This document shows, piece after piece, positions 37,693 to 48,559 of a stretch of 64,000 nt of DNA. This stretch comes from Mobula hypostoma. Taxonomy: Eukaryota. The stretch's first letter is position 1; each line of letters starts with the position of its first letter. Location of the stretch: NCBI RefSeq assembly GCF_963921235.1, contig NC_086120.1, forward strand, positions 23,126,001 to 23,190,000. Reading direction: 5' to 3'. Under the pieces are notes generated by a model. The model worked only from the letters and a program-made list of their open reading frames with translations. It was not told where the DNA came from and did not search any database. Both the position numbers and the translations under genes were made by a program.

Positions 37693-39310
37693 TTAAAGCA
37701 AACTGATCCTGGGACTGCGCAGTATTAGGAATACAGAATAAAGCATTAGCCAGATCAATAACAGCATAATAACTGTCAGTCTCAATGGAACAGTCCCCAA
37801 TCAGGGTCACAATGTCTGGAACAATTGTGGCCAGCGGAGGGGCAAACCGATTTAACTGGCGATAATCAACGCGCCACGAACCATCAGGTTTCCAAACTGA
37901 CCAGACGGGATGAGGCAGGACGAAGGGCGCCCAGGTTAGAAAGGGACTCGACTCTCACCAATTTCCTTGCCCTCCTGGGATGCAATATTGCTTGGCAATT
38001 ACTATTTGTGATGGCAAGAATATAAAGACAGGTTCCCACTCTGCCCTTCTAGCTCGAATAGATGCGTTCCTAATACCAAAAGCAAATTTGCCAAAGGGTG
38101 TTGTGATAGAAGTTCCCCTTAACAAATCAATTCCCAGAATGTTTTCAGGTACCTGGGAGATGGGCAAGGGGACAGACCGAGGAGGTCCCTTGCTAGTAGC
38201 ACTGCGGACCTTTGTTCGTACAGCATCTATAACCAATTTCCCTCCTATCCCTAAATACACACTCACTTCGGGTCTGTATATAGATCTGGATTCCCAGGCA
38301 ATGAGGTACCCTCAGCCCCAGTGTCCACCAGGGCGATTTGTCGCTGTTTATAGCCATGTGACCACCAAAGGGTAGGCCTCAGGTCTCCCTCTGGGACACC
38401 AGAAATGTGTGTTGCCATAGTAACAGCAGTGGTCCCGGAGCCCTGGCCACACCCCTAGGCCATGGGCTGGGTAACCCGCCAGCTGGGATCTAATTCATTC
38501 AAGTTTAGATATAACCGAGGAACATCCTGCTCTTTGGGGTTAACATCATAGTCCTCTGTGGAAGGGCAACTGGTTCCTTTGGGCTATCGAATGCAACACA
38601 CCTGTGTTGCAGTGCTCACTGTATGACACGTAGAACACCAGCAGGTGCACTCTGTCGATTCTTTCCTTATCCAGCCCTGCCCTTGGCAGGGATAGAAACA
38701 TTTCCTTCCTGCTAAGCTAGAAGAGGAGCTTTTCGATACTGACTGCTGTCGGCCGCTTTGCAGCATGCCGGGATTTAAAAATGGCCTTAACCTGCACGAG
38801 CCTGATCTACACCTGACCCTTCAAGTTGGGCCGATAGACGGCTAGTCTCAGCAACAGTCTGGCCCTAACAGACACCTTACCACCGAGAGGGTTGTCATTC
38901 CATCAGTTGGGTGCATGTACCAAGAGAAAAGGGGACTTCTTTGACCGTTAAAGGCATTATAATTAATAAATATAAATGGCAGATTGTGTTGCCATATCAC
39001 AGAGGCATGAAATAGCTCCAGGGGCGAGGAAACTCCTCCCAATCCAAAGGGGCAGGACAGCGAGCACAAACAGCTGTATAGCCCCTGCCCACAGCCCCGT
39101 CAGCTTGACCAGCCTGCAATTCAGACAATGGATCTGCCGTAAGTGAACCAGACGGACTTCATTCATTAACACTTTTAAAGAACACGGTTGGGAGGCTTCT
39201 AACTCCCATAGGCAGGTGAGCTAGTTGTGCAAGGATTTTTTTCCTGTCTTAACTGTAACGCTTCATATTTCTCAGTATTAAGTTCCATCTTCCACTTGTT
39301 TATTCCACCA

Positions 39311-42300
39311 TGTTATGTTTATGTAACTTCAAAACATTAAGCTAATTCAAACTAAGACACAGGAGTCCGAAATGTGAGTCTAACTTTGAGGCGTGTACAT
39401 ATCACTTGGTAGTGTGATGATGTATGCAGTTAACATATTTTTATGAATAACCTGTTGTGAATTATTTAAATGATTGAATACACTACACTCCTCCCTGCTT
39501 AGCTATAAACTCCAACTCAAGGAGAGAATGCATCTGAACTAAATACTCAGCATATTATATCATCCAACCACTATATACAGACATTGACAGCATACCAAAT
39601 TTAAAATTGTCCCACTCAGGCTTAAAGATTTAATTGCTGAGGAGGGTTTCTTACTCCTGTGGGATAATGTTTTTCCTGACAAGGGCGATCTCTCTGCTCG
39701 GCAGGTGAGACTTCAGACTGTGAAACAGTCTCGGGTTCTGGGGCCTCCTCCGTGCTGGTTGTAGGAATTGACTCTGAGACTGCAGGAAGTGGTCTGACAG
39801 CTCTGGGCTCCTTTCCTCTTTTTTTCTTTCTGGATCTACTTCGATCCCTTTTTTATTTTTCACGTTCTTTCTCTTTTTCATACTTCTTGTTCACATTATT
39901 TCTCTCCATCTCTTCCTCCTTTTTCTTCCAGCTTGTGTGTCTTGATCTTGGGTAGGTGCATTACATTCACTGGAGTATTCTCTTATTAGTCCTTCTATTG
40001 CTGCCATTACGACCTGATCTCTCCTCTTGGTTTCCTCATCCAGAACATCGTCTGATGTTCATATCTCTGTGGACTACTTTTTTTTGCATCTTCCGTTCAG
40101 CCAGCTGGTCTTTGCAACTGCTTTTACAAGCAGATTTTTGTCTTCCATTTGAAGTTCATGCAATAACCTTAATGCACCCAGAGTAGATTCTGGGTTTTAT
40201 ACTCACAAAAGCTGATTGCTTGCAACTTTCCTGAAGCTTGCTCAACTCTCTTCCAGCTTAAAACCAAGCCACATTTCCCAAGTAACTGCCTGATTAACAT
40301 ATCAGAAGCTTTCTCAGATATGTTGCCTACAAAAACTGTTGTAGTCGGACCACTGCTTTCAACACTTTCACACTTCCTCTGAGTAGTGTGGTCCTTCCTT
40401 GGTCCAGTATGCTTTCCAACCAGAGACTGGCACCAACACCTGTTTGTCCTCTGTGGGGCAATGGTTCATGGTGTTTGGCATGGAGACAGTTGTGGCATCA
40501 TCCTGTATCTTTCTTAATTAACTTTCAGTTGGCTTCATTGCAGGCAATGTAGCTTGCAAATGGTGGATGGCTCTCCAATCAAGTTGTAGTTGTCTCTGCC
40601 AATCATGACCCCACAATGCTGGTTCTTCTGCTTTTACCACATACACGCTCAATGTGGCTTGTTGGTTGTTGTATTTCACTGTTACAAATATCATTCCCAC
40701 AAGAGTTATCTTTTCTCCTGTATAAGTTCTTAGATGGCTGTCTGCAGGCCTCAATTTAGCATCTTTGAAATGCCATTTAGTATCTTTGTGGAATAATGGA
40801 AACTGCTGAACCAGTGTCCAATTCCATTTTAATAAATTTGCCATTTACTTCTGGCGTAAACCATGTTGCTTGTTTATTGTTAAATTTCACACTATAAATC
40901 TCAAGGCTACGCAAATCTGTGTTACTCTCGTCAGATTTTCCGTTAACAGTGTGCAGATTAGTGCTCTTGACTTTTTATCTTTATCTCTTCCCTGTTCAGT
41001 CTATTTATTCTTGTCTGTCTGACATGCTGCTTGTATGTGCTCTTTGTTGCATTTTTTGCAAGTTTCACCCTTAAATTTACATTTATTTGGTATGTGAGTT
41101 CCTGCCACATAGTTACGCAGTTTGTTCGGCTGGGCAGGGTTCTGTTTGTTGTGGTCCGTTGTGGCACATCGGGTACTATCGGGTGCCTTTTCCTTACCTC
41201 AACCCAGCACGGATGGAAAACGTGCAAGGATTTGAACCCAGGGCCATTGGCCTTGAGGTCTGGTGCTGATGCCATCACACCTCCAGCCAGCGGCTCTTGC
41301 TTAGATGTTGCAATTTTGTTCAAGTTCACTTTCATACCTGACTGCAACTCAATTGTGTCTCTGTCTGTGGTTTCCATTGAAACAGCAATTTTCACTGGTC
41401 ATTTGAATGTAACCTGAGCTTCAGTTGGGAGCCATTTTTGAATGCTTCCTTGTAAGATTCCGCAAAGTAAATGATCTCTTAGTGCATCATTAAGACCATT
41501 ACCAAACTGACATTGCTCAGACAATCTCTTCAAATCAGCCACAGACACTAAAATGAACTCCCCTTCCTTTTGAATCCACTTATGAAACCTAAAGCATTCG
41601 GCAATCAACAGTGGCCTGTGTTCTCAATGTTCCTGCATCTCTGTGACAATAGCAGCAAAGTTCATTTCTGATGGTTTAGATGGAGCCGTCAAACTTAAAA
41701 GCAAACTGTACGCCTTTAAACCCAAAATTGCACTCAGCAAAATTGGCACTCACTTCTCACTGGTTATTTCATTTGCTTGAAAATAGTGTTTCAGTAGTTC
41801 AGTAGTCATGAGCCAGTTACTTGTTGTGTAATAAACTTATCTGTTTTTCCGATGTTGCCAGCCATTTCTGATTTTTTTTTAAAAAAGTGATTGTTATCAC
41901 CCAGTACTCACTCGATGAGCCTGTGAATTCTTCCATTTACGGAATTTTTTTTTTTACTTCATCGCGTCTTCCCTTCCGAAGAACACGGGCATTTTGTAAC
42001 TCGATTGTTTCTCGCTGAGTTTTATTTTATTTCGAATGTCTCGCTCCACTTTAACAGGTTGGTAGCTGTGTTGGGCTCATTTTAAAATACCTCGTCGCCA
42101 ATGTTATGGTTTGTAGTTTCAAAGTATTAAAAGAATTAAATAAACTAAGACACTGGGAGTCTGAAATGCGATTTGAACTTCGTCTTTACTTTCAGAGAGG
42201 TGCGCACGTATCACGAAGTAGGGTGATGTATGCTGTTAACATTTTTACATAATAATCTGTAATTATTTAAATGACCAAGAATAAATAAATATATATAATG

Positions 42301-42390
42301 GCCACTGAGTATAGACTGGCTGGTGTGTTGTGTATTTAATATTTGAATAATTATATATTCAAAGATTATTGAAATACTAAATACACAACA
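39311..42390 (-). mobile_element. Non-autonomous Gypsy LTR retrotransposon carrying a captured RBM25 cDNA
   Basis: LTRs 42102-42390 and 39311-39487 (tgt...aca, homologous but diverged); PBS tggcgacgagg (42090-42100); PPT agggaggag (39488-39496); TSD cacca / aacca; decayed gag from ATG 41865 (IAECFRFHK..QKEGE, CQFGNGLNDALRDHLLCG); protease (MELDTGS, LRTYTGE, WGHDW); integrase C-terminal tail 39627-39818. Confidence 0.9.
39819..40484 (-). pseudogene. RBM25: Processed (intronless) RBM25 fragment: RRM and following coiled-coil / RE-rich pieces, frameshifted
   Basis: Minus strand: VLVP.VS.VGKHTGPRKDH; GPTTTVFVGNISEKASDMLIRQLLGKCGLVLSWKRVEQASGKLQAISFCEYK; [frameshift] PESTLGALRLLHELQ; LDEETKRRDQVVMAAIEGLIREYSSECNAP; KRDRSRSR. 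These are colinear with vertebrate RBM25 as recalled. Confidence 0.9.
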
Positions 42391-42403
42391 AACCAGCCAA
42401 TCT

Positions 42404-42912
42404 ATACTCAGTAGCCATTTTACTAGGTGTACTTGTACGCCTGCTCATTAATACAAATATCTAATCAACCAATCGTGTGGCAGCAATTTGATGCTTAAAA
42501 GCACACAGACGTGGTCAAGAAATTCAGTTGTTGTTCAGACCAAACATCAGAGTGGGGAAGAAATGTGATGGTGGAATGATTGTTGGTGCCAGACAGGTTG
42601 GTTTGCGCATTTCAAACTGCTGATTTCCTTTTCACACAGAACAGTCTCTAGAGTTTACAGAGAATGGTGCGAGAAACAAAAAAAAATAGTGAGTGGCGGT
42701 TCTGTGGGTGAAAATGCCTTGTTAATGAGAGAGGTCAGAGGAGAATGGCCAAACTGGTTCAAGCTGACAGGAAGACGACAGTAACTCATATAACCAAGTA
42801 TTACAATAGTGGTGTGCAGAAGAGCACCTCTGAATGCACAACTTGTTGAAGCTTGAAGTGGATGTGCTACAACAGCAGAACATGTAATCTGGCCGCTTTA
42901 TCAGGCACTGAG
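42404..42912 (+). mobile_element. Tc1-derived non-autonomous element (ctcagtggccacttt-type TIR); second copy ~49607-50107 on the - strand
   Basis: Terminus ctcagtagccatttt and transposase 5' remnant atcagagtggggaagaaatgtgat; the reverse-complement copy at 49680-50100 has cactctgtggccacttta and aaagtggccactga termini. Confidence 0.7.
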
Positions 42913-44009
42913 TGACCATCCCCTTGGAGGACATTACTACCTTCCTAATAATGAGTTACCATGGGTTTGATTTTTACCTGCAGTTCCCTGTGCACCCAAA
43001 TGAATGTATAACAATAAAGGACAAGTTGCCCTGGTACTGACCTCACAGTACATTTGCTTCAAGTCCAAAATAACTTTCTACTGCTGCTGCTTGTTCCTGA
43101 TTAGCAATTTTCTTTACTTGCGGTGACAGCCCCTTTTTCCATGGCCTTTAGTCTTGCTGATAATTATAATGTACCATCTACCGTATGTCCTTCATCTCCT
43201 TCCTGTTATTTCAACAAACTCTATCAAGTTGGATTAGATTTTAACAAGTCCATGCTGGGCTCTCTCTCTAATCAATGCACTTATTTAAACTCATCCTTGA
43301 TTGTGGTTTCCAGAACTTGCCCACTTGCAGTCAGTAGGTGCTGGGGTTATCCTCGCACCCTTAAAGCTTCTTCATGCCTCTCTGTCAGTGCATTGCTTTT
43401 AGTCACTTCTTGCCAAGAGCAGACTGGATGGGCCGAATGGCATGCTTCTGCTCCTGTGTATTATGAGTCTGTTCCAGCACGACTCAGCACCTCACACACT
43501 ATCCAGAACAAAGCAGACTGCTTGATTGACACCTCATCCAGCGGCCTAAACCTATTTGGATGGCACAGTGGCACAGCTAATGCAGCTGCAGTCTCAGGCT
43601 CCAGTGACTGGGTTCAACTTCCAGTGCTCCCTGTGTGGAGTTGCCCCGTTCTTCCTGTGGCAAAGTGTGTTGGCTTCACGTGTCCCACTTCCATGTATCA
43701 AAAATGTGTGGATAGGTAGCTTAGTAGATGGAGTGGCCAGATCTAGCAGGGAGATGATGGGACTGTGAAGAGAACAATGATAAACTGGGTAAGATTATTG
43801 TTTTAAAAAAAACAGGTGCTGAATGGCTAGTATGCTCTTTGTGGGCCAAAGGGCCTATATCTGTGCTTAGTTCTCACTCTGACTACTCCCTGCATCTTTT
43901 GACACTCTGTGGGTGTAATATGCTTCTGCCAAGGCTTCTTTGGCAGAACCTTCCGGATGCTTGACTCTTGACCTCAGTCACCATAAGGACAGAGGCTAAT
44001 GCTGCAGCT

Positions 44010-45278
44010 CACACAAAAAATGCTGGTGAACGCAGAAGGCCAGGCAGCATCTATAGGAAGAGGTACAGTCGATGTTTCGGGCCGAGACCCTTCGTCAGGA
44101 CTAACTGAAAGAAGAGATAGTAAGAGATTTGAAAGTGGGAGGGGGAGGGGGAGATCGGAAATGATAGGAGAAGACAGGAGGGGAGGGATGGAGCTAAGAG
44201 CTGGAAAGTTGATTGGCAAAAGGGATACGAGGCTGTAGAAGGGAGAGGATCATGGGACGGGAGGTCTAGGGAGAAAGAAGGGAGGTGGGAAACCCAGAGG
44301 ATGGGCAAGCAGTTATAGTGAGAGGGACAGAGTGAGGAAAAAAGAGGGGAAAAAAGGGGGAAAGAAAGATAAATAAATAAGGGATGGGGTACGAAGGGGA
44401 GGTGGGGCCTTAGCGGAAGTTAGAGAAGTCAATGTTCATGCCATCAGGTTGGAGGCTACCCAGACAGAATATAAGGTCCTCCAACCTGAGTGTGGCTTCA
44501 TCTTGACAGTAGAGGAGGCCGTGGATAGACATTATCAGAATGGGAATGGGATGTGGAATTAAAATGTGTGGCCACTGGGAGATCCTGCTTTCTCTGGTGG
44601 ACAGAGCGTAGGTGTTCAGCAAAGCGATCTCCCAATCTGCGTCAGGTCTGGCCAATATATAGAAGGCCACATCGGGAGCACCGGACACAGTACATCGCCC
44701 CAGCCGACTCACAGGTGAAGTGTCGCCTCACCTGTAAGGACTGTCTGGGGCACTGAATGGTGGTAAGGGAGGAAGTGTAAGGGCATGTGTAGCACTTGTT
44801 CCGCTTACAAGGATAAGTGCCGAGAGGGAGATCAGTGGGAAGGGATGGGGGGACGAATGGACAAGGGAGTCGTGTAGGGAGCGATCCCTGCGGAATGCAG
44901 GGGGGGGGAGGGAAAGATGTGCTTAGTGGTGGGATCCCGTTGGAGGTGGCGGAAGTTACGGAGAATTATATGTTGGACCCGGAGGCTGGTGGGGTGGTAG
45001 GTGAGGACAAGGGAACCCTATTCCTACTGGGGTGGCAGGAGGATGGGGTGAGAACAGATGTGCGTGAAATGGGAGAGATGCGTTTGAGAGCAGAGTTGAT
45101 GGTGGAGGAAGGGAAGCCCCTTTCTTTAAAATAGGAAGACATCTCCTTTGTCCTGGAAAGAAAAGCCTCATCCCGAGAGCAGATGCAGCGGAGATGGAGG
45201 AATTGTGAGAAGGGGCTGGCATTTTGGCAAGAGACCGGTTGGGAAGAGGAATAGTCCAGATAGCTGTGAGAGTCCTGC
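44010..45278 (-). mobile_element. Penelope-like element, 5'-truncated, with 12-bp TSD
   Basis: TSD aatgctgcagct (43998-44009 and 45279-45290); DSHSYLDYSSS..CQNASPFSQFLHLRCICS; GIY-YIG remnant ...GLLYCQDEATLRLE..LGSLQPDGMN; hammerhead-like motif 44066-44107. Confidence 0.92.
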
Positions 45279-45728
45279 AATGCTGCAGCTGTCAGGTACA
45301 CTGCAATTCACGATCTCCTTCCAGTCCCGTACACTGTTAAGTATTTTGCTCTTCCGGTGACGGTTCTTGATCAGAATTTAGCACACCCTACCACAACGGC
45401 AGCTTTGTTGCGTGGGGAGGAGCAGCTCAGCGTGGCGGCTCGCCATTGCCTTTTCCGGGGACAGGGGCGAACAGTGCTTGAACCTTGTGTTATGTCGAAC
45501 TTTCTCCTTGTTTTGCTGAAGGGCCAGCAACCTGAAACAGTGACTCGGTACCTGTGGAGAGAGAAGCAAGCCCTGCCCTTCCGTTTGGGGCATTTTCTGT
45601 TTCTATTTACAGAATGGCAGTTCAAGAATCTGGTTTATTGTCACTGATGCAAGTCACGAAACTTTCTGATTTGTGGAGGCATAACAAATTACTATAAGTT
45701 GTAATAAATAAATAGTGCAAAAGAGGTA

Positions 45729-47299
45729 CAGGTTTCCCCCGCCATCCGAAGGTAGAGCGTTCCTATGAAATGGTTCGTAAGCCGGAATGTCGTAAAGTGA
45801 AGAAGCAATTACCATTTATTTATATGGGAAAAATTTGTGAGCGTTCGCAGACCTAAAAAGTAACCTACCAAATCATGTCAAATAACACATAAAACCTAAA
45901 ATAATAGTAACAGCAGGAATGATATGATAAATACACAGCCTATATAAAATAGAAATACTTCTCTACAATCATTGCACACTGTTCTCCGCAGCGAAAATCT
46001 CACGCAAGTGCTCTCGGCAGAAAATCTTACGCAAGCGCTCTCGGCAAAAACACTCTCCGGTAACTTTTAAACTATGAAGCTGCCAAATCATGCCAAATAA
46101 CGCATAAAAATACACAGCCTATATAAAGTAGAAATAATGTATGTACAGTGTAGTATCACTTGCGAGAATCAGGAAGACAGTGCAGAGCACACTGATGATG
46201 GTGTGTTAGGCTGAGTTGTCGGAGGTTGGGGTGGTGCAGTGGCCCCCACCCTCGGGGCAGCGAACCAATACCGATCCGCGAAGAACGCAGCGGTAGCTGG
46301 GATGCACCCAGCACATCTTTAAGAAAAAAGCCGAAATAAACAAGCTAATTAATTAGGTGCCGCCTGGCACGTAAATGTCGGCCCAAATCAGAGGGGACAA
46401 TCGGCTCTGATTTGGGCCGACATTTACGTGCCGGGTGGCACCTGATTAATTAGCTTGTTTATTTCGGCTTTTTTCTTAAAGATGTGCTGGGTGCGTCCCG
46501 GCTACTGCTGCATTCTCTGCGACCCGGCTACTGCTGCATTCTCTGCGGCAATGTATCGGTCTGCGGCCCGGGGGTCGGGGTGGTGGGACACTGGGGTGTC
46601 GGCTGTTTCCATGAGGGTAGGCAGGTCATCTTCTTCTATGTCTGCCTGCCTCGATGTCGAAGGTCGAGGTTCGTCGTCTGCTGTGACTGATTGGAAGGCT
46701 TGCTTGACTGCTTAGCCTCACGCATTTTTCTATCATACAGTTCTTTATAAGGACTCAAACCATCTTGCAAATGTGCCCTAAACCGACGTACCTTTTCAAA
46801 ATTAAAGTCGTACTTTATCATTGTAGCGAAAATCTCATGCAGTTGCTTCACGTTCAGTTCCTGGACGACTTCACTTTCGGTCCATTCGCTACTGCATTCA
46901 GTTTCGATTGTTATCCCTTCCTTTTCCAATTGCATCAGCTCTTCATCTCTCAGTTCTTGGTCGTGGGATGCCAAAACCTCTTCACATCATCTTCGTCAAC
47001 TTCCACAAGCCAAACTCACTTTGTCCTTACTTCGTTCACCACGATCGAAATGCTTAATTATGTCTAGTTTTACGCTAAGTGTAACACCCTTACGAGCTCT
47101 TTCAGGCTTTTCCGATACCTTAGAACTCATCTTGCAAAGGGCTGCTCACAGACGTGTTTAAGCAATGCTGGCGAGAATGCCGTTCCGAATCCGGGGGAGG
47201 ACCGGCTGCTCGGGGCGTGTGCTGCCTTTTATTGCGCGCTGCTTTTTTCGTAACAGTGAGGTTTCGTAAAGTGAATGTTCGAAAAGCGGGGGACACCTG
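45729..47299 (-). mobile_element. Tigger/pogo-like non-autonomous DNA transposon, copy 2, inserted in a Rex1 3' fragment (45625-47660)
   Basis: TIRs caggtttcccccgccatccgaa / ttcgaaaagcgggggacacctg; homologous to 30911-32445; ASHDQELRDEELMQLE remnant. Confidence 0.88.
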
Positions 47300-48559
47300 T
47301 GGGAGGTTGTGTTCATGACTCATTCGGAAATCTGATGGCAGAGGGGAACAAGCTGTTCCTAAAACAAAATGCTGAGTGGAGGTTTTCAGGCTCCCTTATC
47401 CCCTCCGTGATGGTGGCTGTGAGACGAGGGTATGACTCATTTGGTGAGGGTTCTTAACGATGGATGCCACCTTCTTGAGGCACCACCTGTGGGGAAAATG
47501 TCTTGGATGGTAGGGAGATCTGTGCCCGTGATGGTGCTGGCTGAGTGTGCAGCTCTCTGCAGCCTCTTGTGACCCTGTGCATTGGTGCCTCCATACCAGG
47601 TTCTGATGCAACCAGTCAGAATGCTCTCCAACCTACATCTGCAGGGACTTGCTGGAGACTGTGGTGACGTGTCGATTACCAAGGAGCGACAGATCGTACA
47701 GGCTCTGCTGCTAATGAGCACATTTTATTTCTGAGCAAAGTGCCCTCCAACAGGAAGCCCTGTCCAGGTAATTCCAACACCATTCAGGACAAAGTGGTCA
47801 AGTTGACCACTGTCCTTCTCAGCACCTTAATATTGTCTTCCTCCAGGACAGGTACTCTGTACCCTCCACAGAATTCAATGCCGTGACCTTGAGCACACCC
47901 AAGCGATCTATTCGTCTCTTCTGCTGGAACCAGGGCAACTCTATCGGCATCTCCTGTAGCTACAGCTTCAAGCAGCACCCAAGAAGAGCAAGGGCAGTAA
48001 GTGCTTATGGGTCACTCACCTTTCTGATCACCGATACCAGATCGTCATTGACACCCGCTTGCAATCCTGGGGCTCGCTGCCCTGACAGAAAGTACCTCCA
48101 CCAAAACGTGGTGACGTTGCAGTAGTTGGCGTGACACTATCACAGTGCTGGCGGCCTGGGTCCAATTCCGCCGCCATCTGAAAGGAGTTCGTACGTTCTC
48201 CCCATGACCATGTGGGTTTCCTCCAGGTGCTCTAGTTTCCTCCCACAGTCCAAAGACGTATGAGTTGGTAGGTTAACTGGTCAGACGGGGTGTAATTAGG
48301 TGGCGCAGGCTCACTGGGCTGGTAGGGTCCGTTACCATGCTGTATCTCTAAATAAAACATCCCTAGCGGTTCAGGGGGTTGGCATCACCCTTTTCTGGAG
48401 GGTAAATGCTGCCCTTGCTAATGATATCCACAACATTAACAACGAGTGACAAGTAGACCTTAAGATGTAGGCGCCATTTGGCCCATCAAGCCTGTTCCGC
48501 CATTCAATCTTGGCGATCCCTTCTGTACTTTTATTTACTCCTCTCTGCTCTGGTCCCGC

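Larger units (their letters stand above)
33730..38400 (-). mobile_element. Degenerate endogenous retrovirus pro-pol, class III (ERV-L-like); gag-like sequence probably extends to ~39200; no env or LTRs identified
   Basis: In order on the - strand: ENILGIDLL (PR), KQYCIPGG, YAVIDLANALFCIP..QDQFA, LPQGYIHSP, HYIDN, EINPDKIQGLATTVHFLGIQW, PPTTKQEAQ, QLLACCWALTETE, YCPQASGLIERMNSLLKQQ (IN). Confidence 0.85.

Noticed and set aside
39819-40484. Functional nested RBM25 gene
   Set aside because: Multiple frameshifts, stop codons and internal deletions; no start region or PWI domain; embedded in an LTR element.
29570-45278. Near-identical 5' truncation points of the two long Penelope copies as a programmed site
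   Set aside because: Only two copies and the ends differ by ~15 nt; not enough evidence.
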